A program made the translations under genes and the position numbers. Shown piece by piece: positions 32,471 to 41,414 of a stretch of 64,000 nucleotides of DNA. Source of the stretch: an uncultured Bacillota bacterium (GTDB taxonomy: Bacteria; Bacillota_I; Bacilli_A; RF39; UBA660); assembly GCA_948466255.1 (NCBI GenBank), contig CAOJZV010000002.1, positions 2,874 through 66,873 of the forward strand, written 5' to 3'. The notes under the pieces are model-generated. The model was not told where the DNA came from and searched no databases. It worked only from the letters and a program-made list of their open reading frames with translations. Each line of letters opens with the position of its first letter. Within the stretch, counting starts at the first letter, position 1.

Positions 32471-33859
32471 ATGAATAATTTACAAGTGGTAATAGATGCG
32501 GGACATGGAGGAACAGATCCAGGAGCAGTAAGCAGTTCAGGAGTAAGAGAAAAAGATTTAACCTTACAAATTGCCAAGGAAATGTATCAACAATTTCAAG
32601 ATAGAGGTATTCCAGTAACAATAGTTAGAAATACCGACGAAACACTTTCACCAACAGAAAGAGTAAATAGAATATTAAATGCTTACGGAAATAAACCAAA
32701 TGTAGTTGTAATTTCCAATCATATAAATGCGGCAGGTTCAGGAATTCAAGGAGCCGAAGGTGCCGAAGTAATATATGCACTTAGAAACAACAGTACACTT
32801 GCAGACAATATATTAACCGCTTTAGGAAATGCTGGGCAAAAAACAAGAAAAACATTCCAAAGAAGATTACCAAGTGATACTTCAAAAGATTATTATTTTA
32901 TCCATAGAAACACAGGAACAACCCAACCAGTAATAGTTGAATATGGTTTTATTGATAACCCACAAGACCTAGCAAGAATTCAAAACAATTATAAATCATA
33001 TGTAGACGCGGTAGTAAATGCAGTAATCGCAACTGCTGGCGGAACTACTATACCTACAGTTCCATCAGGAAATACATATGTTGTTAAATCAGGTGACAGT
33101 CTATGGAGCATTGCTAATAAATTTAATACAACTGTAAACGAATTAAAATCAGTTAATGCTTTAACAAGTAATAACTTGCAGGTAGGGCAAGTCCTTACAA
33201 TTCCAGGAGCAACACCAAGTACTCCAACAACCGGAAACACCTATACCGTAAAATCAGGAGATAGCCTATGGAGTATTGCCAACAAATATAATACAACTGT
33301 AAATACTTTAAAATCTTTAAACGGCCTTACTAGTAATAGCCTTCAAATAGGTCAAACATTAAAATTACCAGGTAATGAACCACAAACACCAGTAGAATCA
33401 AACACCTATACAGTTAAATCAGGAGATAGTTTATGGAGTATTGCAAATAGATATAACACAACCGTTAGTGCATTAAGAACATTAAATGGTTTAACAAGTG
33501 ACAGTTTAACAATCGGTCAAACATTATTAATTCCAACATCAACCACTTCAGCACCATCAACAAATACCTATACCGTAAAATCAGGAGATAGTTTATGGAG
33601 TATTGCTAATAGATATAACACAACTGTTAATGCATTAAGAACATTAAATGGTTTAACAAGTGACAGTTTAACAATCGGCCAAACATTATTAATTCCAACA
33701 TCAACCACTTCAGCACCAACAAATACCTATACCGTAAAATCAGGAGATAGTCTATGGAGTATTGCTAATAGATATAACACAACAGTAAATACATTAAAAT
33801 CACTAAATAATTTAACCAGTAATACACTTCAAATAGGTCAAACTTTAAGACTTCCATAA
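32471..33859 (+). CDS. N-acetylmuramoyl-L-alanine amidase (Amidase_3) with five LysM domains
   Basis: VVIDAGHGGTDPGA and ISNHINA motifs, followed by five copies of YTVKSGDSLWSIANxYNTTV..L..LN.L.S..L.IGQ.L.IP. Confidence 0.92.
   Translation: MNNLQVVIDAGHGGTDPGAVSSSGVREKDLTLQIAKEMYQQFQDRGIPVTIVRNTDETLSPTERVNRILNAYGNKPNVVVISNHINAAGSGIQGAEGAEVIYALRNNSTLADNILTALGNAGQKTRKTFQRRLPSDTSKDYYFIHRNTGTTQPVIVEYGFIDNPQDLARIQNNYKSYVDAVVNAVIATAGGTTIPTVPSGNTYVVKSGDSLWSIANKFNTTVNELKSVNALTSNNLQVGQVLTIPGATPSTPTTGNTYTVKSGDSLWSIANKYNTTVNTLKSLNGLTSNSLQIGQTLKLPGNEPQTPVESNTYTVKSGDSLWSIANRYNTTVSALRTLNGLTSDSLTIGQTLLIPTSTTSAPSTNTYTVKSGDSLWSIANRYNTTVNALRTLNGLTSDSLTIGQTLLIPTSTTSAPTNTYTVKSGDSLWSIANRYNTTVNTLKSLNNLTSNTLQIGQTLRLP
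33067..33856 (+). repeat. Coding tandem repeats (five LysM modules, about 159-162 bp period)
   Basis: Modules 3 and 4 (from about 33397 and 33559) are nearly identical at the nucleotide level by eye. Confidence 0.85.
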
Positions 33860-33861
33860 AG

Positions 33862-33889
33862 AAAACATCCAAATAAAATGGATGTTTTT
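33862..33889. terminator. Bidirectional terminator between convergent genes
   Basis: AAAACATCC-loop-GGATGTTTT. Confidence 0.7.
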
Positions 33890-34940
33890 AAATATTCTTT
33901 ACTAAATCAAATCTAAAGCCTAACTTCTTCATTTCCTTAATAAAAGTATCTAAAGCTTCGTAATTACCTTTATTTTTAGGATGCATTAAATATATAGCTC
34001 CATTGTGATAACGTTTCATAAGTTCATTTAATGCATATTCCTTAGAAACATCACCACCAAAATCCATATAATCCGCACTGTAAAAATAACTCTTATAGCC
34101 CATGTCTTTCATGATTTGTAAATCACGGTAGCTCCATTCACCGCGGGGGTCACGATACACCTTATCAAGTTCCTTGCCAGTAATATCCCGGTAACTATCC
34201 TCAATCATTTGAACTTCCGCTAAATATTTATTAAAATTTTCTCTAGTAGCGAGTGTTGGCATACTATAATGATTATCAGTATGATTCCCAACCGAATGAC
34301 CAGTATCAGCCATTTTTTTAATCAATTCCTTATTATCTAAAATATATTGGCCACATAAGAAGAAAGTTGCTTTAACATTATTACTATTTAAAACATCGAC
34401 AATTTCTTTAACATAAGTGTCATTGCCACCTTCGTCAAAAGTTAAATATAAAACTTTTTCATTAGGCCCCATAAAATAAGCATTATATTTTTTAAGTTCA
34501 TTAATATCCGCACCACCAGCAGGTCTAGTGTGGTCTTTTTTATTTCCACTCCACCAACCATGCATAGTATTGTCAATATTATCGTAACTATCTTTATAAA
34601 TAGGCGTGCCAGAAACTTTAATATATCTTTTACTTACTGCTTTAATTCCATTATAAGAAACAGTATAAACTGTTTCGTAGTTACCAGCATTCACATAATC
34701 TACATTACTGGTAACTTTCACCTTATCACTAATATCTTTTTTGCCACAACTAGCTTTAAATCCTTCCTCTTTATAACTGTTTCCTAAACTTAGCGAAACA
34801 ACTTCTTTCCCACTTAGTTCTAATTTAGGAATACATTTATTTGTCTTATTTTCTTTTTTACTATTGCATCCAAACAACACAAATCCTAAAACAAACACCA
34901 ATACAGCTACAATCAAAATATAAATATACTTTCTTTTCAT
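33888..34940 (-). CDS. Polysaccharide deacetylase (NodB/CE4) lipoprotein with an N-terminal Ig-like domain
   Basis: Lipobox VLFGC. The segment SLGNSYKEEGFKA...AGNYETVYTVSYNG is DUF5011-like. CE4 motifs are present (LTFDEGG, GNHTDNH). Confidence 0.85.
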   Translation of the reverse strand: MKRKYIYILIVAVLVFVLGFVLFGCNSKKENKTNKCIPKLELSGKEVVSLSLGNSYKEEGFKASCGKKDISDKVKVTSNVDYVNAGNYETVYTVSYNGIKAVSKRYIKVSGTPIYKDSYDNIDNTMHGWWSGNKKDHTRPAGGADINELKKYNAYFMGPNEKVLYLTFDEGGNDTYVKEIVDVLNSNNVKATFFLCGQYILDNKELIKKMADTGHSVGNHTDNHYSMPTLATRENFNKYLAEVQMIEDSYRDITGKELDKVYRDPRGEWSYRDLQIMKDMGYKSYFYSADYMDFGGDVSKEYALNELMKRYHNGAIYLMHPKNKGNYEALDTFIKEMKKLGFRFDLVKNI

Positions 34941-35052
34941 AAAACCACCTACAGTAAATAATACGCAATATTTGTCTAATTATGTAAAAACAAAACCCTA
35001 ATCATTGTTAGAAAACTTTAAATAATATATAATAAATATAGGAGATGATACA

Positions 35053-36438
35053 ATGAAACTAACAAAAGATATAAACCCTAATATATTTAGAGAATATGAT
35101 TTAAGAGGTATTGCCGAAACAGATTTAACTGAAGACATCGCATATACTTTAGGAAAAAGTTATGGAACATATATGGCTAATCAAAATATAAATAAAGTAA
35201 TTATTGGACACGACAATAGAACAACTTCACCAATGTTAAATAATGCCCTAATAAAAGGAATAATTGAAACTGGTGTAGATGTAGTAAGTTTAGGATTAGT
35301 AACTACTCCAATGTATTATTTTGCTAAAAAACATTATGATATTCCAGCAGGTATAATGATAACTGCTAGCCATAATCCAAAAGAATATAATGGATTTAAA
35401 ATTTCATTTTCAAAAATCGGAAATGCTTACGGAAAATTAATCGAAGATTTTAAAGATTTTACTTATAAACAAAATTTCATCACAAAAGAGCCTGGTAAAA
35501 CAATAAACAAAGATATAAAAGAAGCATACCTAGAAAACATTAAAAACAGTGTAGACTTAGGTGATAGAAAAATAAAAGTAGTAGTGGACTGCGGAAATGG
35601 AACAGGAAGCATAATAATCAAAGATATTTTAGATATGTTTGATATAGATTACGAATTACTTTACTGTGATAGTAATCCAGAATTTCCAAATCATACACCA
35701 GATCCAGCTGTAAGTGAATATATGATAGATTTAGGTAACAAAGTAAAAGAAGTAAATGCCGACTTTGGAATTGGAATTGATGGCGATGCTGACAGAGTAG
35801 GTGTTGTAGACGAAAACGGTAATTTCCTAACTGCCGATTTATTAATGTTAATTATTTATAGACATTTAGATAAAAACCTAAAAAATAGAAAAGGACTTTT
35901 CGACGTTAAATGTTCACGAACACTGATAGATGGTTTAAAACAAATAGATATAGAACCTGTTATGAATAGGACAGGAAATTCTTATCAAAATATAAAAATG
36001 CAAGAAGGAAATTTTGACTTTGGTGGAGAATATTCAGGACATTTCTTCTTTAGAGATAAATACCAAGGTTTTGATGATGGAATATATGCTGGTCTTAGAA
36101 TAATTGAATTACTTTCAAAAACAGATAAAAAATTCAGTAATTTATTAGATAATACAAATAAATACTATTCAACCGAAGAAACAAAAGTAAAAGTAACAGA
36201 AGATAATAAATTTGATATTGTAAACGGTATCAAAGAATATGTAAAAAAACAAAACTATGATTATGAAGACATGGATGGTGTAAGAGTAGAGTTTGATGAT
36301 AGTTGGGGACTTATTAGAGCTAGTAATACAGGACCAAATTTAACAATTAGATTCGAAGCTAAAACAAAAGAAAGATTAAAAGAAATAGAAGAAGAATTTA
36401 CAAACGAAATAAATAATCAAATAAAGATGCATTCATAA
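35053..36438 (+). CDS. Phosphoglucomutase/phosphomannomutase family protein
   Basis: Active-site TASHNPKEYNGFK, metal loop GIGIDGDADR and GEYSGH motifs. Confidence 0.9.
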   Translation: MKLTKDINPNIFREYDLRGIAETDLTEDIAYTLGKSYGTYMANQNINKVIIGHDNRTTSPMLNNALIKGIIETGVDVVSLGLVTTPMYYFAKKHYDIPAGIMITASHNPKEYNGFKISFSKIGNAYGKLIEDFKDFTYKQNFITKEPGKTINKDIKEAYLENIKNSVDLGDRKIKVVVDCGNGTGSIIIKDILDMFDIDYELLYCDSNPEFPNHTPDPAVSEYMIDLGNKVKEVNADFGIGIDGDADRVGVVDENGNFLTADLLMLIIYRHLDKNLKNRKGLFDVKCSRTLIDGLKQIDIEPVMNRTGNSYQNIKMQEGNFDFGGEYSGHFFFRDKYQGFDDGIYAGLRIIELLSKTDKKFSNLLDNTNKYYSTEETKVKVTEDNKFDIVNGIKEYVKKQNYDYEDMDGVRVEFDDSWGLIRASNTGPNLTIRFEAKTKERLKEIEEEFTNEINNQIKMHS

Positions 36439-36448
36439 AATGCATCTT

Positions 36449-37042
36449 TTATTTTCTTTTAACTAATTTTTTAGGAACAAAATCAAACTTCTTTTCTAAT
36501 TCTTCACTAGTAGTAACAACAAATTCACCAGTATGAAGTTTTACTTTTTTTTCAAATAACATACTAATAAGTAATCCATGAGCCACAACAATAACCTTAT
36601 CATAATCACAGTATCTTTCTAAAACTGATAAAATTCTTTTTCTAACACTTAACAAAGATTCAGTTTCCTTACTAAATTCGAAATTAGGATTAGCTAAATA
36701 CATTTCCCATTCTTTTTTAGCAAGTTTTATATTTTTAATAAACTCCTCATTAGAATTATAATTATTATTAGTATCCACAATCCATTCATGAAGCAAAACC
36801 TCAACATTAACCATTAAATTATACTTGTTACCAATAATACTTGCTGTCTGCATAGCTCTAGTATAAGGTGATGAAATTAAAATGTCACTATCAGAAAAAA
36901 ACTCATTTTCAGCAGTTTTCAAAACCTCATTAATTCCGTTTTCAGTTAAAGGTGAAAACGCAAGACCGTGACCTTTAAACCCTAAAGAAATAACTTCTTC
37001 ATAAGTAGGCTCGCCATGTCTAACTAATATAAATTTCGTCAT
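36449..37042 (-). CDS. Histidine phosphatase (phosphoglycerate mutase superfamily) protein
   Basis: RHGEP motif at the N-terminus (ILVRHGEPTY) and a later AHG motif. 197 aa. Confidence 0.85.
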   Translation of the reverse strand: MTKFILVRHGEPTYEEVISLGFKGHGLAFSPLTENGINEVLKTAENEFFSDSDILISSPYTRAMQTASIIGNKYNLMVNVEVLLHEWIVDTNNNYNSNEEFIKNIKLAKKEWEMYLANPNFEFSKETESLLSVRKRILSVLERYCDYDKVIVVAHGLLISMLFEKKVKLHTGEFVVTTSEELEKKFDFVPKKLVKRK

Positions 37043-37056
37043 AATACCTCCTTAAA

Positions 37057-37116
37057 TGGCAGGGGTAATATAAAATGTATCCCAGGCATACGGTTTTGGA
37101 GACCGACGTTCTCCCC
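37057..37116 (-). other. tRNA-Trp-like 60-nt element (no D-arm, degenerate T-arm) in the 5' leader of the histidine phosphatase gene
   Basis: Minus strand: GGGGAGAACGUCGGUCUCCAAAACCGUAUGCCUGGGAUACAUUUUAUAUUACCCCUGCCA. It has an intact anticodon arm CGGU-CUCCAAA-ACCG (anticodon CCA) and a tRNA-Trp-like 3' end CCCCUGCCA. A TTGAAA-17 nt-TATAAT promoter lies upstream on the minus strand (37130-37158). Confidence 0.4.
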
Positions 37117-37170
37117 ATAAATTATCTTTATTATAAATTAAATAACTTAATTTTTCAATAAATATTTTAG

Positions 37171-37199
37171 TTGACATCGCATATTATTTAACATATAAT
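37171..37199 (+). promoter_or_regulatory. Consensus sigma-A promoter TTGACA-17 nt-TATAAT driving the tRNA-Thr gene
   Basis: TTGACA at 37171-37176 and TATAAT at 37194-37199. The tRNA 5' end is 11 nt downstream. Confidence 0.7.
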
Positions 37200-37209
37200 T
37201 TAGATATAT

Positions 37210-37283
37210 GCCGCATTAGTATAAAGGTATTACGAGGCCATGGTAAGGCTTTAATCGGCGTTCAATTCTCCGATGCGGCACCA
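37210..37283 (+). tRNA. tRNA-Thr (anticodon GGU), atypical
   Basis: Acceptor GCCGCAT/ATGCGGC, A73 and encoded CCA. U8, A14, GG in the D-loop, anticodon loop ATGGTAA, T-loop TTCAATT with G53-C61. It also has an AT-rich D-arm, A32 and a C52-U62 mismatch. Confidence 0.6.
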
Positions 37284-37580
37284 TATAGATAGAAAACTCG
37301 AACTTTTTTGTTTGAGAGTAATAAATTACTAACTAGAAATAGCTAGTTTTTTGTTGCTTAAAAGAAGAAATGAGTGAGTATATATGACAATAAAAACTAA
37401 GCTAATAACAAAGCACAAAGAGAAAATCACTTTTGAAATTCTATATAAGCATAATTTTAATAAGGCATAAATCTAATCCAAAACTACATTTTTATTTTCA
37501 AAACTATCTAATAAAAATAAAAGCCTATTGCTACTTTCATCGAAACTTCATTTCAACAAAAATTGCCACAGCTTTTATTT

Positions 37581-37895
37581 TTAATGGTCTATACCGCTAG
37601 GATTTCTCGGATCTAACAAAACATCAAATTTAATTTTTTTTAAAGTTTTTTGTTTTTGTTTTTGTTTTTCATAATATGGTGTTAGTGAATTTTTATCAAT
37701 ATAATAATGTTCATTTTCCGAAGTAGAAAAAGTCATTATATTTGATTTATTATGATTAATTTTATATACATCTATTAATGTATCAATACGGTCTAATGCA
37801 ACATATAAATCATCTTTAAATTTTACAAACACCGTTGTCCCTAAAAATTCGTTGCCACACATTATATTGCCTAAAAATATTCTATTAGTATTCAT
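37581..37895 (-). CDS. Hypothetical protein (104 aa)
   Basis: ORF with AGGAGG 8 nt upstream. It is flanked by about 300 bp and 245 bp of non-coding DNA. I recognise no motif. Confidence 0.55.
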   Translation of the reverse strand: MNTNRIFLGNIMCGNEFLGTTVFVKFKDDLYVALDRIDTLIDVYKINHNKSNIMTFSTSENEHYYIDKNSLTPYYEKQKQKQKTLKKIKFDVLLDPRNPSGIDH

Positions 37896-38140
37896 AAACG
37901 ATTAAAACCTCCTTTTTCACATAATATTCTATCATAAAATTTGTAAATTTAAACATTTTTTTGATATGTTTAATAATTTTATAATATAACGATTATAGGA
38001 ATTAACTTTAACGGATAATTTCCATACATATCTAAGTATGGCCTCATTTTAAAACTAAAAGTTATAATAGCTTTTTTATGCAAACTTCTTGATATAAAAC
38101 AAAATAAAATGTTATAATTAATAAAGATAGGAGCGTAAAT

Positions 38141-38821
38141 ATGAAACTAGTATTATTAAGACATGGTCAAAGTCTTTGGAATAAAGAAAACAAATTCACA
38201 GGTTGGACAGATATCGATTTAAGCAAAAAGGGAATAGAAGAAGCTAAAGAAGCAGGAAAACTATTAAAACAAAACGATTTTATATTCGATATAGCTTTCA
38301 CCTCAGTTTTAAAAAGAGCAATCAACACTTTAAATTACGCACTAAAAGAAATGGATCAAGATATTCCTATAAAATATAGTTACAAATTAAATGAAAGACA
38401 TTACGGAACTCTTCAAGGACTAAACAAAGACGAAACTAGAAAAAAATACGGTGAAGAGCAAGTTCACATTTGGAGAAGAAGCGCTGATGTAAGACCACCC
38501 GCACTCACAATAACTGATCCGAGATTTCCTGGAAATGATGAAAAATATAAAGACATTCCAAAAGATAAACTACCAACTACTGAAAATTTATTAGATACAA
38601 TAGATAGAGTGGTAGAATATTACAATGAAGAAATAAAACCAGAATTATTAAAAAATAAAAATGTAATAATTTCTGCACACGGAAATAGTCTTCGTGCACT
38701 AATAAAATATTTAGAAAATATAAGTGATGAAGAAATAATGAATTTAGAAATACCAACAGGAAAACCATATGTATATGAATTAGATGATAATTTAAATATA
38801 TTAAAAAAATACTATTTATAA
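38141..38821 (+). CDS. gpmA: 2,3-bisphosphoglycerate-dependent phosphoglycerate mutase
   Basis: [25 protein letters not shown] and [10 protein letters not shown] motifs. Confidence 0.93.
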   Translation: MKLVLLRHGQSLWNKENKFTGWTDIDLSKKGIEEAKEAGKLLKQNDFIFDIAFTSVLKRAINTLNYALKEMDQDIPIKYSYKLNERHYGTLQGLNKDETRKKYGEEQVHIWRRSADVRPPALTITDPRFPGNDEKYKDIPKDKLPTTENLLDTIDRVVEYYNEEIKPELLKNKNVIISAHGNSLRALIKYLENISDEEIMNLEIPTGKPYVYELDDNLNILKKYYL

Positions 38822-38865
38822 AAATAAAAAGCCTCATTAATCGAAATGAGACTTTTTATATAATT

Positions 38866-39624
38866 TTATTTATTAATAATTTCAGCTTTACATAAAGATA
38901 CAAATGCCGGATTACTATTATTGTTTCCAACTACAACTACCATTCCGAATTCACTTCTTAAAATATCACCTTGAGCAACCGTTTGGCCGCCAGCATTTAT
39001 ATCAACATTAGGTGTCCCTGCTGGTAAGTATGAACGAGCTGCAGCTTCACAATTAGCATCACACCCTGTTGGAGCAGGATCAGGAGCTGGTAAATACGTA
39101 ATAGCATCATTGTATGTGCTACTTGTAACAGTTATTGAAGCAATTCTACATATTGATAAAGCTTCCTCAGGGACTCCTTGAGTATTAACTAATTGAAATA
39201 GTCCAGAATTAGGATTATTATCAGGTGCAGGCAATAATGATCCTGGACGTCCACTAGCGTTATTACCACTTTCCATTGCAACTATTAAATTATCATTCGG
39301 ATATAATGTAATGATTTGTTGGATTATATTCCTCATTTGATCTACACAGAAGCAACTTGCAGAGTTAGCGTTACTGCCTGTAGGACCTGTAGGTCCCTGA
39401 ATACCTTGAGGTCCGGTAGCTCCAGTTGGACCTGTAGGCCCTTGAATACCTTGTGGACCAGTTGCTCCGGTTGCACCTGTAGGACCTGTAGGTCCACCAC
39501 CAGGCCCAGTAGGTCCAGTGGGACCGGTTGGTCCGATTGGCCCTTGACAACAAGTTGGTTTACAATGTTCATCACATTTTATTTTTCGTAAAGCTCTTTC
39601 ATAATTTTCATTGTTACAATTCAT
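38866..39624 (-). CDS. Collagen-like triple-helix repeat protein (BclA-like exosporium/spore-surface candidate)
   Basis: Cys-rich N-terminus ([10 protein letters not shown]), about 19 G-X-Y triplets ([12 protein letters not shown]), then a C-terminal domain of about 165 aa. It is a local GC-rich island in AT-rich DNA. Confidence 0.8.
   Translation of the reverse strand: MNCNNENYERALRKIKCDEHCKPTCCQGPIGPTGPTGPTGPGGGPTGPTGATGATGPQGIQGPTGPTGATGPQGIQGPTGPTGSNANSASCFCVDQMRNIIQQIITLYPNDNLIVAMESGNNASGRPGSLLPAPDNNPNSGLFQLVNTQGVPEEALSICRIASITVTSSTYNDAITYLPAPDPAPTGCDANCEAAARSYLPAGTPNVDINAGGQTVAQGDILRSEFGMVVVVGNNNSNPAFVSLCKAEIINK
39373..39546 (-). repeat. G-X-Y (collagen) coding repeat, including a duplicated 45-nt [15 protein letters not shown] unit
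   Basis: Direct reading of the translation. There is one register break (GPG-G-GPT). Confidence 0.85.
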
Positions 39625-39737
39625 CTAATACCTCCTAATACATTGTATGTGTAAAACCAAGTATAACTCATTATAAACAACCTTATTGAATAAAAAACAC
39701 TCTTATTACCCATAACAATAATAAGGAGATGAAATTG

Positions 39738-41195
39738 ATGAAGCAAAAATCCATTTGGACAAACGAAATAAATGAAAAAACATATCCAGAATTAAATGAA
39801 AATATAAAATGTAATATACTAATTATAGGTGGAGGAATTGCTGGAATAAACGCTGCCTTAAACCTAAAAGATAATGAAGGAGTAGTATTAATAGATAAAG
39901 ATAAAATAGGTTATGGAGTTACTTCACATACAACTGGAAAACTAACATACCTTCAAGGAACTATGTATACAGATATTCAAAAAGCACATGATTTTAATGT
40001 AGCCAAAAAATATTTAGAATCACAAAAAGATGCAATTAAAATAGCCATTGAAAATATCAAAAAGTATAATATCGACTGCGATTTAGAAAAAAATGATTCA
40101 TATCTTTTTACTACTGAAGAAGATAAAGGATTAAATAGTCAAAGAGATTTTCTTTCTAAAACAAATACATATTTTGAAGATAGTAAATTGCCGGCAGATA
40201 TACCATGTAAAGATGCGATAAAAGTGAAAGATACATATGTCTTTCATCCTTTAAAATATATAATGGGTATAAAGGAAATTATTAAAGATAAAGTCAAAAT
40301 ATATGAAAATACGACTGCTATCGACATGGATTATAAAGATAATCATTATATTATAAAAACAAAAAGCGGATATACAATTACATCAAACAAAGTAATCATC
40401 ACCACACATTATCCATTCTTTATTTTCCCAGGTCTAATTCCGATAAAAATAGGTTTAAATCAGTCATATGCATTATCAGCTAAACATAAAAATGAAAATT
40501 GGAATGCAATAAATATAGATAAAGAAATACACTCAATAAGATTTTATAAAGATAATATAATAGTTGGCGGTTTTTCTCATGATTTATCAGATAACATAGA
40601 TTATAAAAAAGAAGAGGATAAACTTATAAATTTTTACAATACTTATTTTACAAACAAACCAGAAGAAGTTTGGTTAACTCATGATTTAAAATCACATGAT
40701 TATCTTCCGATTATAAGTAGATTAAATGAAAATCATCCAAATTTATTAGTTGCCACTGCATTTAATAAATGGGGTATGACAAACGGTATTTTAGCTGGAA
40801 AAATATTAGCAGATTTAGTAAATAATGTAGAAAATAGATACGAAGCCTTGTTTAAAATAGATAGATCACCATCATTAGAAAAAACTAAAAATTTTATAAC
40901 AAGTAATTTTAAAATAGGAAAAACTTTTATAGGAACAAAATTAGATAAAAATAAAGAATTTTATAATAAAACATATATAACAAATATAGATGGACATCCT
41001 TGCGGTGTTTATATAGACGAAAAAGGCGAAAAACATATAGTGAGGAATACGTGCCCCCATTTTAAATGTTCATTAATTTTTAATAATGCCGATAAAACTT
41101 GGGACTGTCCTTGTCATGGTTCAAGATTTGATATAGATGGTAACTTAATAGAAGGGCCCTCAGTATTTGACATAAAACTAAAAGAAGATAAATAA
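39738..41195 (+). CDS. FAD-dependent oxidoreductase with a C-terminal Rieske [2Fe-2S] domain
   Basis: Dinucleotide-binding motif ILIIGGGIAGINAAL and Rieske motifs CPHFKC...CPCHGSRF. The second ATG (39738) has the better RBS spacing. Confidence 0.85.
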   Translation: MKQKSIWTNEINEKTYPELNENIKCNILIIGGGIAGINAALNLKDNEGVVLIDKDKIGYGVTSHTTGKLTYLQGTMYTDIQKAHDFNVAKKYLESQKDAIKIAIENIKKYNIDCDLEKNDSYLFTTEEDKGLNSQRDFLSKTNTYFEDSKLPADIPCKDAIKVKDTYVFHPLKYIMGIKEIIKDKVKIYENTTAIDMDYKDNHYIIKTKSGYTITSNKVIITTHYPFFIFPGLIPIKIGLNQSYALSAKHKNENWNAINIDKEIHSIRFYKDNIIVGGFSHDLSDNIDYKKEEDKLINFYNTYFTNKPEEVWLTHDLKSHDYLPIISRLNENHPNLLVATAFNKWGMTNGILAGKILADLVNNVENRYEALFKIDRSPSLEKTKNFITSNFKIGKTFIGTKLDKNKEFYNKTYITNIDGHPCGVYIDEKGEKHIVRNTCPHFKCSLIFNNADKTWDCPCHGSRFDIDGNLIEGPSVFDIKLKEDK

Positions 41196-41255
41196 CAATC
41201 AAACATAAATCATTTTATTATTGAATAATTTTGTGATTTATGATATATTCTAATT

Positions 41256-41331
41256 AATGGGAAACATTGTAACATATCAATGTCTACCATATTGGGTGAG
41301 ACATTTAGCCTAAAGCTAGATGTCTTTTTTT
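41256..41331 (+). ncRNA. Candidate antisense small RNA (putative type I antitoxin)
   Basis: Promoter TTGAAT (41221-41226)-17 nt-TGaTATATT (41241-41249). Terminator AGACATTTAGC-CTAAA-GCTAGATGTCT (41299-41325) plus T6-7. No ORF. It is fully complementary to the region downstream of the minus-strand mini-ORF. Confidence 0.4.
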
Positions 41332-41336
41332 ACGAC

Positions 41337-41414
41337 CTAAACCCCCTGAGGGAACAGAATCAATAAAACTATAATTATAAGCAATACTAGGATTAAAAAA
41401 TCTTTTTTTGTCAT
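41337..41414 (-). CDS. Candidate type I toxin: 25-aa hydrophobic peptide MTKKDFLILVLLIIIVLLILFPQGV
   Basis: GGAGG at 41425-41429, 10 nt upstream of the ATG at 41414; an in-frame ATG also occurs at 41420. The peptide forms a single predicted TM helix after a KKD motif. It is too short to appear in the ORF track. Confidence 0.45.
   Translation of the reverse strand: MTKKDFLILVLLIIIVLLILFPQGV

Noticed and set aside
39316-39591. Three extra ORFs (39316-39591 on the plus strand; 39342-39575 and 39371-39553 on the minus strand) overlap the collagen-like gene.
   Set aside because: They are alternative frames of the GC-rich G-X-Y repeat, which is simply stop-free in several frames. Only the GPT/GAT/GPQ frame continues into a full-length protein with a start codon and RBS.
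39642-39649. CATACAAT upstream of the collagen-like gene was considered as a sigma-E/sigma-K type -10 box.
   Set aside because: It ends only 6 nt from the Shine-Dalgarno sequence, so a transcript started from it would lack the RBS. It is probably fortuitous.
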